Of a stretch of 32,000 bases of DNA, positions 8,888 to 21,556 are shown piece by piece; the stretch's first letter is position 1, and every line of letters starts with the position of its first letter. The notes beneath the pieces are model-generated. The model worked only from the letters and a program-made list of their open reading frames with translations. It ran no database searches and was not told where the DNA came from. The DNA is from Breznakia sp. PF5-3. Its GTDB lineage: Bacteria > Bacillota_I > Bacilli_A > Erysipelotrichales > Erysipelotrichaceae. The stretch lies in contig NZ_JAQFIQ010000001.1 in assembly GCF_029504745.1 (NCBI RefSeq), positions 96,322 to 128,321 of the forward strand, in the 5' to 3' direction. The translations under genes were made by a program, and so were the position numbers.

Positions 8888-10636
8888 TTATCCTCCTGAT
8901 TCAGGAGTCTCAGGTTCTGTTGGTGTTGTTTCTGGAGGGGCAGTTTCCCCTGGGTCTGGAACAGTAGGTTCTACAGGCTTTTCTTCAGGCTCTTCTTCTG
9001 GAATGTAAGGCGTTTCTGTTTCAGGGACATAATAGTCATCGTCATAATTTGTATTTTCATTCACTTGTACATTTCCACCACTATAAGTTTCAAGGTAAGT
9101 AACGCCTTCCACTTCTTCATAACTAGGTAATTGTGCTCCCAAGTCATTTAAATCAAAAGCAAATTTCTTAAACGTTGTAGGCTTTATGATCATTTGATAT
9201 TTTTTATATAGAGTATCTAAGTCCGTCATACTTAATACATAACATGATAAAGGGGTATTACTTCCCATACTTGCTGTTGTAAGCATGTAAGAACCACCAT
9301 GATCCATTGATGTATTACCAAATGTCCAAGGACTTAAATCATTTAATTCATTGTTTATGAAATCAGAAAGTTGATCATAAGAGATATTCGTTTTTACATA
9401 TTTAGGAACAATATCTAATAATGCTGGTACTTTTGTAGCACCATCTTTTGTAAGTAGTTTATTAGCAATTCCTTTTACAACTAATTGTTGTGCTTGAGTA
9501 CGTTCAATATCACCATAAGTTTTACGATGTCTAGCTAATGCTAATGATTCTTCACCATTAAGTGTTTGAAGTCCCTTATCCAACACAATTAAATCTTCAG
9601 GAGCAAAACTTCTTTTTGAATTTTGTTCTTCAAAGGCAATTGGAACATCAACTTCAATACCTCCAATAGCATCAACAATCTGAACGACAGATGTAAAGTT
9701 AACTTGTACATAGAAATCAATGTCAAAACCAATTACATCATCTAAAGAATCCATGGTATTTTCAATTCCATCATTACTCGTGTGTGTCAATTTGTCATCG
9801 CCACCACCCAAAGCTAAATTTGGAATATAAGCATCCCTAGGGAAGGAAACCATCTCTACGTGATTTGTTAAAGGATTGACAATCAAAATCATATTAACAT
9901 CACTACGTAAACTTGCTTCACCATCATCTGTAGTATCAACACCACTTAAGAGAATGGTAAATGGTTCTTTGGTAAGATCTTTTGTATTTTCTGAAGTATT
10001 TGTATTTGTTACTTTTCTTTTATACGTTGCAATTGTTTTGATGCCTTCTGTGTAGCCTTCACGTTCTGCTTCAACATGTTGTAAATAAGAAGAAGTAATA
10101 ATCATTGCATCGATATCATTAGCATCCATTTTTTCAGCTAAAGATAAGTAGCTTTCTTCTTTTACATAATTAATGTTATTCGCTACTTTATTCAATTGCT
10201 TTTTACCGTAATTCGCATTTTCTTTATCTAGTCCATCTTGGACACCAACTTTTTTATCTGAGAGATCACTATCTGATTCTAAATTACTATCATTTTTTGC
10301 AATTACAGTAATCGTTATATATTTATCTTGATTTGTATTTGTAATTTGTCGAATTGAAGAAACTCCTTTATGCGCATAAAATGCAGAAAATCCATATAGC
10401 CCACAAAGAATTACAATCATAAATCGACGACCCCATAATGGCTTTCCACTCATCTTTTTAAAAGAAAGTGCTAAAAAGATAAGATATATTAATAAGAAAA
10501 TCGCCAAGGCAGCAATTCTCCATTTTTCTGGTAAGCTCTTAATATCCCAAATATAATAACAGCTCAATGCCATCAATAGAGTTAAGGTAATTAACAATAC
10601 ATAATCTGCAATTCTTGATTTTTTTAACCGTCCCAT
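8888..10636 (-). CDS. LCP family protein (LytR-CpsA-Psr cell-wall glycopolymer transferase), with extra N-terminal domain and Pro/Glu/Thr-rich tail
   Basis: 582-aa ORF with N-terminal TM helices. The LCP core is FTILLSGVD....RSDVNMILIVNP....EMVSFPRDAYIP ... LALARHRK. The C-terminal 60 aa are rich in P, E and T. Confidence 0.88.
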   Translation of the reverse strand: MGRLKKSRIADYVLLITLTLLMALSCYYIWDIKSLPEKWRIAALAIFLLIYLIFLALSFKKMSGKPLWGRRFMIVILCGLYGFSAFYAHKGVSSIRQITNTNQDKYITITVIAKNDSNLESDSDLSDKKVGVQDGLDKENANYGKKQLNKVANNINYVKEESYLSLAEKMDANDIDAMIITSSYLQHVEAEREGYTEGIKTIATYKRKVTNTNTSENTKDLTKEPFTILLSGVDTTDDGEASLRSDVNMILIVNPLTNHVEMVSFPRDAYIPNLALGGGDDKLTHTSNDGIENTMDSLDDVIGFDIDFYVQVNFTSVVQIVDAIGGIEVDVPIAFEEQNSKRSFAPEDLIVLDKGLQTLNGEESLALARHRKTYGDIERTQAQQLVVKGIANKLLTKDGATKVPALLDIVPKYVKTNISYDQLSDFINNELNDLSPWTFGNTSMDHGGSYMLTTASMGSNTPLSCYVLSMTDLDTLYKKYQMIIKPTTFKKFAFDLNDLGAQLPSYEEVEGVTYLETYSGGNVQVNENTNYDDDYYVPETETPYIPEEEPEEKPVEPTVPDPGETAPPETTPTEPETPESGG

Positions 10637-10735
10637 AAATTCACCTCATGCTCATAATTATATAATAAAAAGCATACACATTGCAAAAATAACATATTTT
10701 CCCACAAAATATCATTTTAAGATACTTTATAAAAG

Positions 10736-10771
10736 TTTAAAAAAGCAAATCGTTTTTCATTGATTTGCTTT
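10736..10771 (-). terminator. Rho-independent terminator after upstream LCP paralogue
   Basis: aaagcaaatc (10742-10751) pairs with gatttgcttt (10762-10771). On the minus strand the stem is followed by a T-run (plus-strand A-run, approximately 10739-10744). Confidence 0.75.
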
Positions 10772-10784
10772 TGTTACTATTTAA

Positions 10785-12371
10785 TTATGGGACTAATTCC
10801 AAACCTTCTATGTCCTTGAAAGTACTATAAGGTTCATATAGATCATCTAAATCGAAGGTAAGCTCAGATAACTTCTTAGGGCTCTTTATAAGTTCATAAA
10901 CGCCATTTACTTGGATAACATCATTTCTTGAAAGATAGTAAATGCTCAACGGCTCATACTCGCCACCAGCTGCTGTTATCTCACTTCCATTTCTTCCGTT
11001 TGTTAGGTTGACAGAAGATATTGTCCATCCTTTTAAATCATCTACTTGCTTGCGTACAAAAGAACTAAGTTGTTGATCTGAAAAATTCATTATTACATAC
11101 TTTGGTATGATTTTTAAGACATCATCAATTTTACTAATTCCTTCTGTTGTTGTAACTTTATTTATAATTCCTTTAATTACTTCTAGCTGTGCTTCATTAC
11201 GACCGATATCTTGATTTAAATAAGATTTCCGATGCCTTGCATAGGCAAGTGCCTGTCTACCATCTAATCGCTGATAACCAGCTTCAAGACGAATTAAGTC
11301 TTCTTCAGCAAAACTTCTCTCTTCATCCTGCTCTTCAATAGCGTTAAGAACATTTACATCGATACCACCCAATGTATCAACAATTTCAATAAGTGAGGAA
11401 AAAGATATTTTCGCATAGAAATCAATGTCAATTTGAAATGTTTGTTCAACTGCTTCTATTGTATTTGTAACACCATTCCAACCAGTATGAGTCAGTTTAT
11501 CGTTTTTTCCATAATATGCTGGATTGGGTACAAAGGAATCTCTTGGAATGGAAATCGTTGTAATATGATTTGTATTTGGATTGATAATCATAATCATATT
11601 CATATCACTTAAAGATTCTGACAAGACATCCATTTCATCAGTAGCACTAATATATACCGTAAACACTTCTTTGGTAATATCAATGTTATTTCCTTCAACT
11701 TTGTTTTTATAAGTATAGGTAAAAGATTCAATAATGGTTGAATCTTCGTATAAACCAGCATATACACTATTTAATAGATTTTTTTGCTCACGATTAACGA
11801 CTATTGCATCTACAAGACCTCTATAATAAGCATCATACATACTTTGGTAATCCTCGTATTGTATTTGTTCATAGGTATCAGAAATTCGCTTTTTAAGATC
11901 TTTTTTCACATCTTCGCAAGCTTTTTTGTCACTAGCATTTTGAAATCCAATACTTTTTCCAGATAAATCCTCAATATTTTCAACTGTATTGATTTCATTG
12001 TTCAAAACCATAATATCCATTGTTATCTTTGTTTCACTAACGTTGTTAGAGCCATCCGTGATCCCTGAAAATCCATCACTTAGATTTTTCACGAATACAG
12101 AAGCAAAAATCAAAGCTCCTGTAATTAATACCATTAATATTCTGCGTACAATTTCAATCGCTTGTTTTTTTAAAAACATGCTCAATATACATATTGCATA
12201 AATCAAAGCAAAAGCTACAAATGCTAAAATAATGTACTTGTTTGTAAATTTTTTTAATAAAAATAACAAGTATCCAGCGATAACAGGATAAGCTATTAAA
12301 TATATACAATCAATAACTCGACCCCATGAAATCTTTCTTTTTAATTGTCCTTTAGTTTTCAATGTGCCCAC
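10785..12371 (-). CDS. LCP family protein (LytR-CpsA-Psr), paralogue
   Basis: 528-aa ORF with the same architecture as its neighbour: TM helices, an inserted domain, then the LCP core (FTVYISATD....SDMNMIMIINP....TTISIPRDSFVP ... LAYARHRK). Confidence 0.88.
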   Translation of the reverse strand: MGTLKTKGQLKRKISWGRVIDCIYLIAYPVIAGYLLFLLKKFTNKYIILAFVAFALIYAICILSMFLKKQAIEIVRRILMVLITGALIFASVFVKNLSDGFSGITDGSNNVSETKITMDIMVLNNEINTVENIEDLSGKSIGFQNASDKKACEDVKKDLKKRISDTYEQIQYEDYQSMYDAYYRGLVDAIVVNREQKNLLNSVYAGLYEDSTIIESFTYTYKNKVEGNNIDITKEVFTVYISATDEMDVLSESLSDMNMIMIINPNTNHITTISIPRDSFVPNPAYYGKNDKLTHTGWNGVTNTIEAVEQTFQIDIDFYAKISFSSLIEIVDTLGGIDVNVLNAIEEQDEERSFAEEDLIRLEAGYQRLDGRQALAYARHRKSYLNQDIGRNEAQLEVIKGIINKVTTTEGISKIDDVLKIIPKYVIMNFSDQQLSSFVRKQVDDLKGWTISSVNLTNGRNGSEITAAGGEYEPLSIYYLSRNDVIQVNGVYELIKSPKKLSELTFDLDDLYEPYSTFKDIEGLELVP

Positions 12372-12458
12372 CTCGAAATGATTATATCTTATTTTTTTAT
12401 AAAAATCTCTATATTTTAAAAATTCTAATTGAAATTATAGTATAATAAGAACATTGAG

Positions 12459-14630
12459 GTGAATATATTGGATTTATTAAATGGACTGAACAAGCAACAA
12501 TTAGAAGCTGTAAAAACAACGGATCATCATTTGCGTATCGTTGCAGGTGCTGGTAGTGGAAAAACACGAGTTATTACAACAAGAATTGCATATTTGATTG
12601 AGGAAAAGCATGTTGCTCCTTATCGAATTTTAGCTATTACTTTTACGAATAAAGCTGCAAACGAAATGAAAGTAAGAGTTGAGAACTTTCTTAACGTAAC
12701 TAGATCTGGTGTCCTTATTTCTACGATCCACTCTTTGTGTGTGCGCATTTTAAGAGAAGAAATTCGACATTTTAATTATCCCCAAAATTTTGTAATTTTA
12801 GATGGTGATGATCAAAAGAGTATTTTAAGAGAAATTTATAAGAAGCATAATATTGAAGTAAAGACATTATCTTTTAATCATGCACTATCTTATATTTCAA
12901 ATAATAAGTGTGCTTTTATCCGTGCGGATAAAGCCATGCAAATGGTATCTTATGAATTTGAGAAGCTAATGGCTACTGTTTATAAAGACTATGAAAAGAA
13001 ATTAGAAGATATGCAAGCGCTTGATTTTGATGATTTGCTAATCTTTGTAAATCGCTTATTTAAAGAGAATAGTGAAGTACGTGATAAATGGCAAAGCCGT
13101 TTTGATTATATCCATGTAGATGAATTTCAAGATGTCGATGAAATTCAATATGGAATTATTAAAAATTTAATTGCTCCATCTGCATATTTGTGTGTAGTTG
13201 GAGACCCTGACCAAACGATTTATACATGGAGGGGGGCTAAAGTTGATATTATTATGAATTTTGAAAAAGACTTCCCAAATTGTGAAAGTATTATTTTGAA
13301 TGAAAATTATCGTTCTACGAAAAGTATATTAAAAGGTGCTAATGCATTGATTAGAAATAATCAATTTCGTGTCGAAAAAGATTTATTTACTAATAATGAT
13401 GAAGACTACAAAATCAATTTCTATGAGAGTCAGGATGAACGTTATGAAGCATTGTGGATTGCCAAAAAGATTGTATCCTTAAAAGAAGAAGGGGTTCCAT
13501 ACCATGAAATTGCAATCTTATATCGTTCAAATTATCTATCGCGCAACCTTGAGAAAGTTTTGTTAGAAGCTCACATCCCTTATCGTATTTATGGAGGTGT
13601 GAAATTCTTTGAACGAGCAGAAATAAAAGATGCTTTATCATACTTGCGTTTATTAGTGGAAAACTCAAAAAGTATGAGTGAGTTAGCGATTAAACGAATT
13701 CTTAATGTTCCTCGTCGTGGGGTTGGACCAAAAACAATGGAAACGATTGATTTGTTAGCTGATGCGAATAAAGAAGACTACTTTGATGTATTGAGTAAAT
13801 ATGCTGTTGCAAAAGGGAAAACGCAACGAAATATCGAAGAATTTGTTGCTTTGATTTCAAAATATCGTTCTGAAAAAAGTACATATTCAATTTCTATTAT
13901 ATTGAAAAAGCTTTTAGAAGAAAGTGGTTACTTAAAAGCTTTGGAAATTGCAAATGAGACAGAACGCTTAGAAAATGTTAATGAATTGATTCATGATATT
14001 GAAAATTATGAAGAAAATAATCCAGAAGGATCTTTGGACGATTATTTACAGATGATTTCTTTGTATACAGATACACAAGATGAAGAATTCAAAGATAGCA
14101 TTCAATTGATGAGTGTTCATGCTGCAAAAGGTTTGGAGTTTGATTGTGTCTTTGTATATAGTGTCAGTGAAGGTATTTTCCCTAATGAAAGAAGTGTAAA
14201 CGAAGGGGGAAGACATGCTTTAGAAGAAGAGAGAAGACTTGCTTATGTTGCTTTCACAAGAGCCAAAAAACAATTGTTTTTAACTAGTTCAGCTGGATAT
14301 TCATATGTTACACAACGAATGAAAAGTGCATCACGCTTTATAAAAGAACTGGGAGAAGATGTTGTTAACCGTGAAGGAGAAATATTTAATCCTTATCCAA
14401 ACAAACAAAGTGTTGATAAAGGGGAAAAGCAATACGATGGAACATCATCTATGAAGATGCCAACCAGCAAAAAGAAAGGTTCTATTCGCAAAGGTGATTT
14501 GATTCATCATGATGCCTTTGGTGAAGGGGTGGTTATTACTTTAAAAGATGGTGTCGCAACCATTGCCTTTGATAAAAAGTTTGGTATTAAAAAATTGGCC
14601 GCTAATCACCATATGATTACAAAGAAATGA
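12459..14630 (+). CDS. pcrA: ATP-dependent DNA helicase PcrA (UvrD/Rep superfamily 1)
   Basis: 723-aa ORF with Walker A AGAGSGKT, DEFQD, and the motifs YRS and VHAAKGLEF. It is followed by ligA as in Bacillus. The start is ambiguous: GTG at 12459, or in-frame TTG at 12468, which has GAGGTG 6 nt upstream. Confidence 0.93.
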   Translation: MNILDLLNGLNKQQLEAVKTTDHHLRIVAGAGSGKTRVITTRIAYLIEEKHVAPYRILAITFTNKAANEMKVRVENFLNVTRSGVLISTIHSLCVRILREEIRHFNYPQNFVILDGDDQKSILREIYKKHNIEVKTLSFNHALSYISNNKCAFIRADKAMQMVSYEFEKLMATVYKDYEKKLEDMQALDFDDLLIFVNRLFKENSEVRDKWQSRFDYIHVDEFQDVDEIQYGIIKNLIAPSAYLCVVGDPDQTIYTWRGAKVDIIMNFEKDFPNCESIILNENYRSTKSILKGANALIRNNQFRVEKDLFTNNDEDYKINFYESQDERYEALWIAKKIVSLKEEGVPYHEIAILYRSNYLSRNLEKVLLEAHIPYRIYGGVKFFERAEIKDALSYLRLLVENSKSMSELAIKRILNVPRRGVGPKTMETIDLLADANKEDYFDVLSKYAVAKGKTQRNIEEFVALISKYRSEKSTYSISIILKKLLEESGYLKALEIANETERLENVNELIHDIENYEENNPEGSLDDYLQMISLYTDTQDEEFKDSIQLMSVHAAKGLEFDCVFVYSVSEGIFPNERSVNEGGRHALEEERRLAYVAFTRAKKQLFLTSSAGYSYVTQRMKSASRFIKELGEDVVNREGEIFNPYPNKQSVDKGEKQYDGTSSMKMPTSKKKGSIRKGDLIHHDAFGEGVVITLKDGVATIAFDKKFGIKKLAANHHMITKK

Positions 14631-14633
14631 TAG

Positions 14634-17742
<3,109 letters not shown>

Positions 17743-17751
17743 GGGGTACTT

Positions 17752-18045
17752 ATGGAAATGTATAGCAATGAATATTTTAAAAAGTTAGCAAATCAAATTA
17801 TGTTTGATTTAAGCGATGAAGAAATTGTTAGTTTAAAAGCAGATTTTGAAATTATGCTTCAACAAATGGAACTGTTGAATAAAATTGATACAGATGGTAT
17901 TACCGAAATGGTATATCCTTTTGAGGATGAAACATATTTTCTTCGTGAAGATAAAATTAATCATGTTTTGTCACAAGAGGATGCACTTGAAAATGCGCCT
18001 GAAACAAAAGATGGGCAAATTGTTGTTCCAAAGGTGGTGAAATAA
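17752..18045 (+). CDS. gatC: Asp-tRNA(Asn)/Glu-tRNA(Gln) amidotransferase subunit C
   Basis: 97-aa ORF in the gatCAB order. Its stop overlaps the gatA start (TAATG). Confidence 0.9.
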   Translation: MEMYSNEYFKKLANQIMFDLSDEEIVSLKADFEIMLQQMELLNKIDTDGITEMVYPFEDETYFLREDKINHVLSQEDALENAPETKDGQIVVPKVVK

Positions 18046-19460
18046 TGCGTATTGATGATTATAAGCAAGGTAATCTTGAAAAGGTTGTAGAAGCTGGAGA
18101 AAAAGCAAAAGCTTCTCAGGAACGCTTAAATGCGGTTGTCAGCTTTTGTGATATAGAAGAACAAATCAAAGATTATAAACATACACAAAGTGATTTATTA
18201 TTTCAAACACCTGTTGCATTGAAAGATAATATAAATACCAAAGGAACCCGTACAACAGCATCAAGTCGAATACTGGATAATTACATTCCTGTTTATAATG
18301 CAACTATTGTTGATAAATTGAAAGCGGCAGGAGCTGTTTTTGTTGCGAAAACGAGCATGGATGAATTAGGAATGGGTGGAACTAATTTAAATGCATATAC
18401 AGGAAAAGTAAATAATCCTTGGGATTTACAACGTATTTCAGGTGGGAGTAGTGGAGGAAGCGCTGCACTTGTAGCAGAAGGTGTTGTACCATTAGCCATT
18501 GGTAGTGATACTGGTGATAGTGTAAGAAAGCCAGCTGCATATTGTGGGGTGGTAGGTCTTAAACCTACTTATGGTAGAATTTCGCGTTATGGGATAATTC
18601 CATATGCTTCAAGTTTAGATCATGTTGGTTTATTTACTACAACAATTAAAGATGCTGCTACTGCTCTTGAGGTATTAGCAGGCCGTGATGATAACGATAT
18701 GACAACTTCTTATAAACCAGTCGAAAAATATAGTTCTTTACTAAATAGTGATTTGCAAGGAAAACGTATTGGGGTCATTAAGAATGTTATGGATGCAATT
18801 GAAGATAAAACAATTCAAGAAACCTTTAAACAGTTATTAGACAAATTAGAAAGTCGTGGTGCAATTATTGAAGATGTTGTATTTGATACAGATCTAATGA
18901 ATGCTTTATTACCAACTTATTATGTTATATCCAATGCTGAAGCAACTGCCAATCATTCCAATTTAGATGGGATTCGTTTTGGTGTTCGTGAAGATGGAGA
19001 TGATCTTACTTCTATCATGATCAACTCTAGAACAAAAGGCTTTAGTAGTGAGGTAAGAAAAAGGTTTGTTATTGGATCATATTCTTTGTTTACTGAAAAT
19101 CAAGATAAGATTTTTAGAAAAGCACAAAAAGTTAGACGAAGAATTGTTGATGCATTAAAAGAAAAACTTGCTTCTTATGATGTTTTATTAGCAAGTGCTG
19201 CTGGATCTATAGCACCATATCCTGATGAATCTTATGGTGAAAAATTAAGTGCTACATATTTAGTTGCTGAAAACCATATGTTGCTAGGAAATTTTAGTGG
19301 ATATCCATCCATTACTGTTCCCAATGCTATTGTTGATGGAATGCCAGTTGCTGTAAATCTATTAGCAAAACCATTTGAAGAAACATTGATGCTTTCCATT
19401 GCGAAAGCAATTGAAGAAGAATGTGGCTTAGAAGGGTATTGTAGGGAGGTAAGTGAATAA
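18045..19460 (+). CDS. gatA: Asp-tRNA(Asn)/Glu-tRNA(Gln) amidotransferase subunit A
   Basis: 471-aa ORF with the amidase signature GGSSGGSAALVA...GSDTGDSVRKPA. Confidence 0.93.
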   Translation: MRIDDYKQGNLEKVVEAGEKAKASQERLNAVVSFCDIEEQIKDYKHTQSDLLFQTPVALKDNINTKGTRTTASSRILDNYIPVYNATIVDKLKAAGAVFVAKTSMDELGMGGTNLNAYTGKVNNPWDLQRISGGSSGGSAALVAEGVVPLAIGSDTGDSVRKPAAYCGVVGLKPTYGRISRYGIIPYASSLDHVGLFTTTIKDAATALEVLAGRDDNDMTTSYKPVEKYSSLLNSDLQGKRIGVIKNVMDAIEDKTIQETFKQLLDKLESRGAIIEDVVFDTDLMNALLPTYYVISNAEATANHSNLDGIRFGVREDGDDLTSIMINSRTKGFSSEVRKRFVIGSYSLFTENQDKIFRKAQKVRRRIVDALKEKLASYDVLLASAAGSIAPYPDESYGEKLSATYLVAENHMLLGNFSGYPSITVPNAIVDGMPVAVNLLAKPFEETLMLSIAKAIEEECGLEGYCREVSE

Positions 19461-20884
19461 TGAACTTTGAAGTAATTATTGGAATTGAAATTCATTGTGA
19501 ATTAAAGACAAAAACAAAAATGTTTTCTAGCGCTCCTGTAAGCTTTGCAGCTAAGCCCAATACTTGTACAAATGAAATTGATTTAGGGATGCCTGGAACT
19601 CTTCCATGTGTAAATCAAGAGGCGGTTAGAAGTTCTATTAAGGTCTGTCATGCACTTGAGTGCGAAATTGACCCATTGGTTCGCTTTGATCGTAAGAATT
19701 ATTACTATTCGGATTTACCAAAAGGATTTCAAATTACACAACAGTTTTTTCCAATTGGGAAAAATGGAGAAATCATGATTAATACAGATGATGGTGAGAA
19801 AATTATTCGTATCAATCGTATTCATATGGAAGAAGATACTGCAAAACAATTTCACCATGATGATGGCTCTTATTTAGATTTCAATCGTGCAGGAACACCA
19901 TTGATTGAAATTGTTACAGAACCGGATATGCGAAATGGTAAAGAAGCTGCTGCTTATGTAGAAAAGATTCGTAACATTTTGTATTACCTTGGTGTAAGTG
20001 ATGTGAAGATGGAAGAAGGATCTTTACGTTGTGATGTAAATATCTCTTTACGCCCTTATGGTAGTGATACATTGGGGGCAAAAAGTGAAATTAAAAACTT
20101 GAATTCAATTAGTAATGTTCAAAAAGCAATTGAATACGAAATTGATAGACAAAATAAAGTCTTATTATCTGGTGGTACAATTGATCAAGCTACTTTACGA
20201 TATGATGAAACTGCAAGAAAAACCGTTTTGATGAGAAAAAAAGAAGGGGATGTTGATTATAAATATTTCCCTGAACCAAATATTTTTCCAATTCGTTTAA
20301 AAGAAGATTTTATCTCATCTATTATCGAGCAGTTAGACGAACTACCAGATCAAAGAAAGCATACATATATTCATTCATATGGTTTAAATGAATATGATGC
20401 TCAGCAAATTGTTGCAAATAAAGAGTTATCTGACTTTTACAATAAAGTAGTAACAAATACAAAAGAATATAAATTGGCAGCAAATTGGATATTAGGGGAA
20501 GTAAGTGCTTTTCTTAATAAAGAAAATATTGCAATTGATCAAAGTTCTATTATCCCTGAAGAGTTGGCAATAATGATTGACATGATTGTGAAAAAGGAAA
20601 TTTCAGGAAAACAAGCGAAAGAAGTTTTTGAAGAAATTGTACTTGGAAAAAAAGCAAAAGAGGTTGTAAAAGCCAAAGGAATGGAACAAGTAAGCGATGA
20701 AAATGCCATTTTGGATTTTGTTATAAATGTACTAGATGCAAACCCTCAATCAATTGAGGATTATAAAAATGGAAAAGATCGTGCTGTAGGTTTCTTGGTT
20801 GGTCAAGTTATGAAATTATCCAAAGGACAAGCAAACCCAGCGATAACAAATAAGTTAATAGTTGAGGAATTGAAGAAAAGATAG
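19460..20884 (+). CDS. gatB: Asp-tRNA(Asn)/Glu-tRNA(Gln) amidotransferase subunit B
   Basis: 474-aa ORF. The N-terminus is MNFEVIIGIEIHCEL.T.TKMF. It also has RIHMEEDTAK and a C-terminal YqeY-like tail. The TAATG junction with gatA indicates coupling. Confidence 0.93.
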   Translation: MNFEVIIGIEIHCELKTKTKMFSSAPVSFAAKPNTCTNEIDLGMPGTLPCVNQEAVRSSIKVCHALECEIDPLVRFDRKNYYYSDLPKGFQITQQFFPIGKNGEIMINTDDGEKIIRINRIHMEEDTAKQFHHDDGSYLDFNRAGTPLIEIVTEPDMRNGKEAAAYVEKIRNILYYLGVSDVKMEEGSLRCDVNISLRPYGSDTLGAKSEIKNLNSISNVQKAIEYEIDRQNKVLLSGGTIDQATLRYDETARKTVLMRKKEGDVDYKYFPEPNIFPIRLKEDFISSIIEQLDELPDQRKHTYIHSYGLNEYDAQQIVANKELSDFYNKVVTNTKEYKLAANWILGEVSAFLNKENIAIDQSSIIPEELAIMIDMIVKKEISGKQAKEVFEEIVLGKKAKEVVKAKGMEQVSDENAILDFVINVLDANPQSIEDYKNGKDRAVGFLVGQVMKLSKGQANPAITNKLIVEELKKR

Positions 20885-20927
20885 TAAAATATACTAGAGA
20901 TTTCTAAATCATTATAAGGAGTAGTGT

Positions 20928-21548
20928 ATGGCGTTAAAGAAAAAGAAATTAAAAACACCAAAAAATACTGGACAAAAGAAAACTAACAAGAGAAGACCAA
21001 ATTGGATATTGCGTTTTACACTTATCGTCATCGCAGTTCCTTTAATTATCTTAGCTTGGGTTTTAATGACCTCTTTAGAAACATCGGGTGAACCAGTTGT
21101 TGGAAATCGTTTTGATAACCAATTGGATCCTGCAATTACTGAAAAAAAAGTAGATGAATTAAAAGGGAAGTTTACATATGCTGAAGCTGAAAATGTAGAA
21201 GTAAATTTAAAAAGTGCTACTTTAAGAATTACCATTGATGTAGCTGATGCAACTACGGATGAGCAAATTACAGCAATTATGAATGATGTATACGCAAAGG
21301 TAGATGAAACACTACCAATTGCTACGTATTTCACAAATAAAAAAGCAGTAAAAATGTACGATCTTGAAATAAATGTATATAATTATATACCTGATGATAC
21401 AAATAGAGCTGGATATATTTATCATCTTTTAACAAAAAATGCTGGAAATGATGGACCAGAACATTCAATTCCATCACAACCAAAAAATCAATCTACAGCA
21501 GATGATTTAAAGAAAGCACCTAAAAAAGGAGAACAAGTCGGACAATAG
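20928..21548 (+). CDS. hypothetical membrane-anchored protein
   Basis: 206-aa ORF with AAGGAG 7 nt upstream. It has a Lys-rich N-terminus, one TM helix (ILRFTLIVIAVPLIILAWVLM) and an extracytoplasmic domain of unknown family. The antisense ORF 20912-21334 is rejected. Confidence 0.65.
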   Translation: MALKKKKLKTPKNTGQKKTNKRRPNWILRFTLIVIAVPLIILAWVLMTSLETSGEPVVGNRFDNQLDPAITEKKVDELKGKFTYAEAENVEVNLKSATLRITIDVADATTDEQITAIMNDVYAKVDETLPIATYFTNKKAVKMYDLEINVYNYIPDDTNRAGYIYHLLTKNAGNDGPEHSIPSQPKNQSTADDLKKAPKKGEQVGQ

Positions 21549-21556
21549 TCCGATTT

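Noticed and set aside
8891-9070. Locally GC-richer patch that might suggest foreign DNA or a repeat array
   Set aside because: It is the coding sequence for the Pro/Glu/Thr-rich C-terminal tail of the LCP protein. The compositional bias follows from codon content. It is not a tandem DNA repeat that I could resolve.
20912-21334. 140-aa minus-strand ORF overlapping the 206-aa plus-strand ORF
   Set aside because: It is antisense to an ORF that has a good SD and a sensible domain layout (basic N-terminus, TM helix, soluble domain). The minus ORF is a hydrophobic low-complexity translation with no SD, typical of the antisense of AT-rich coding DNA.
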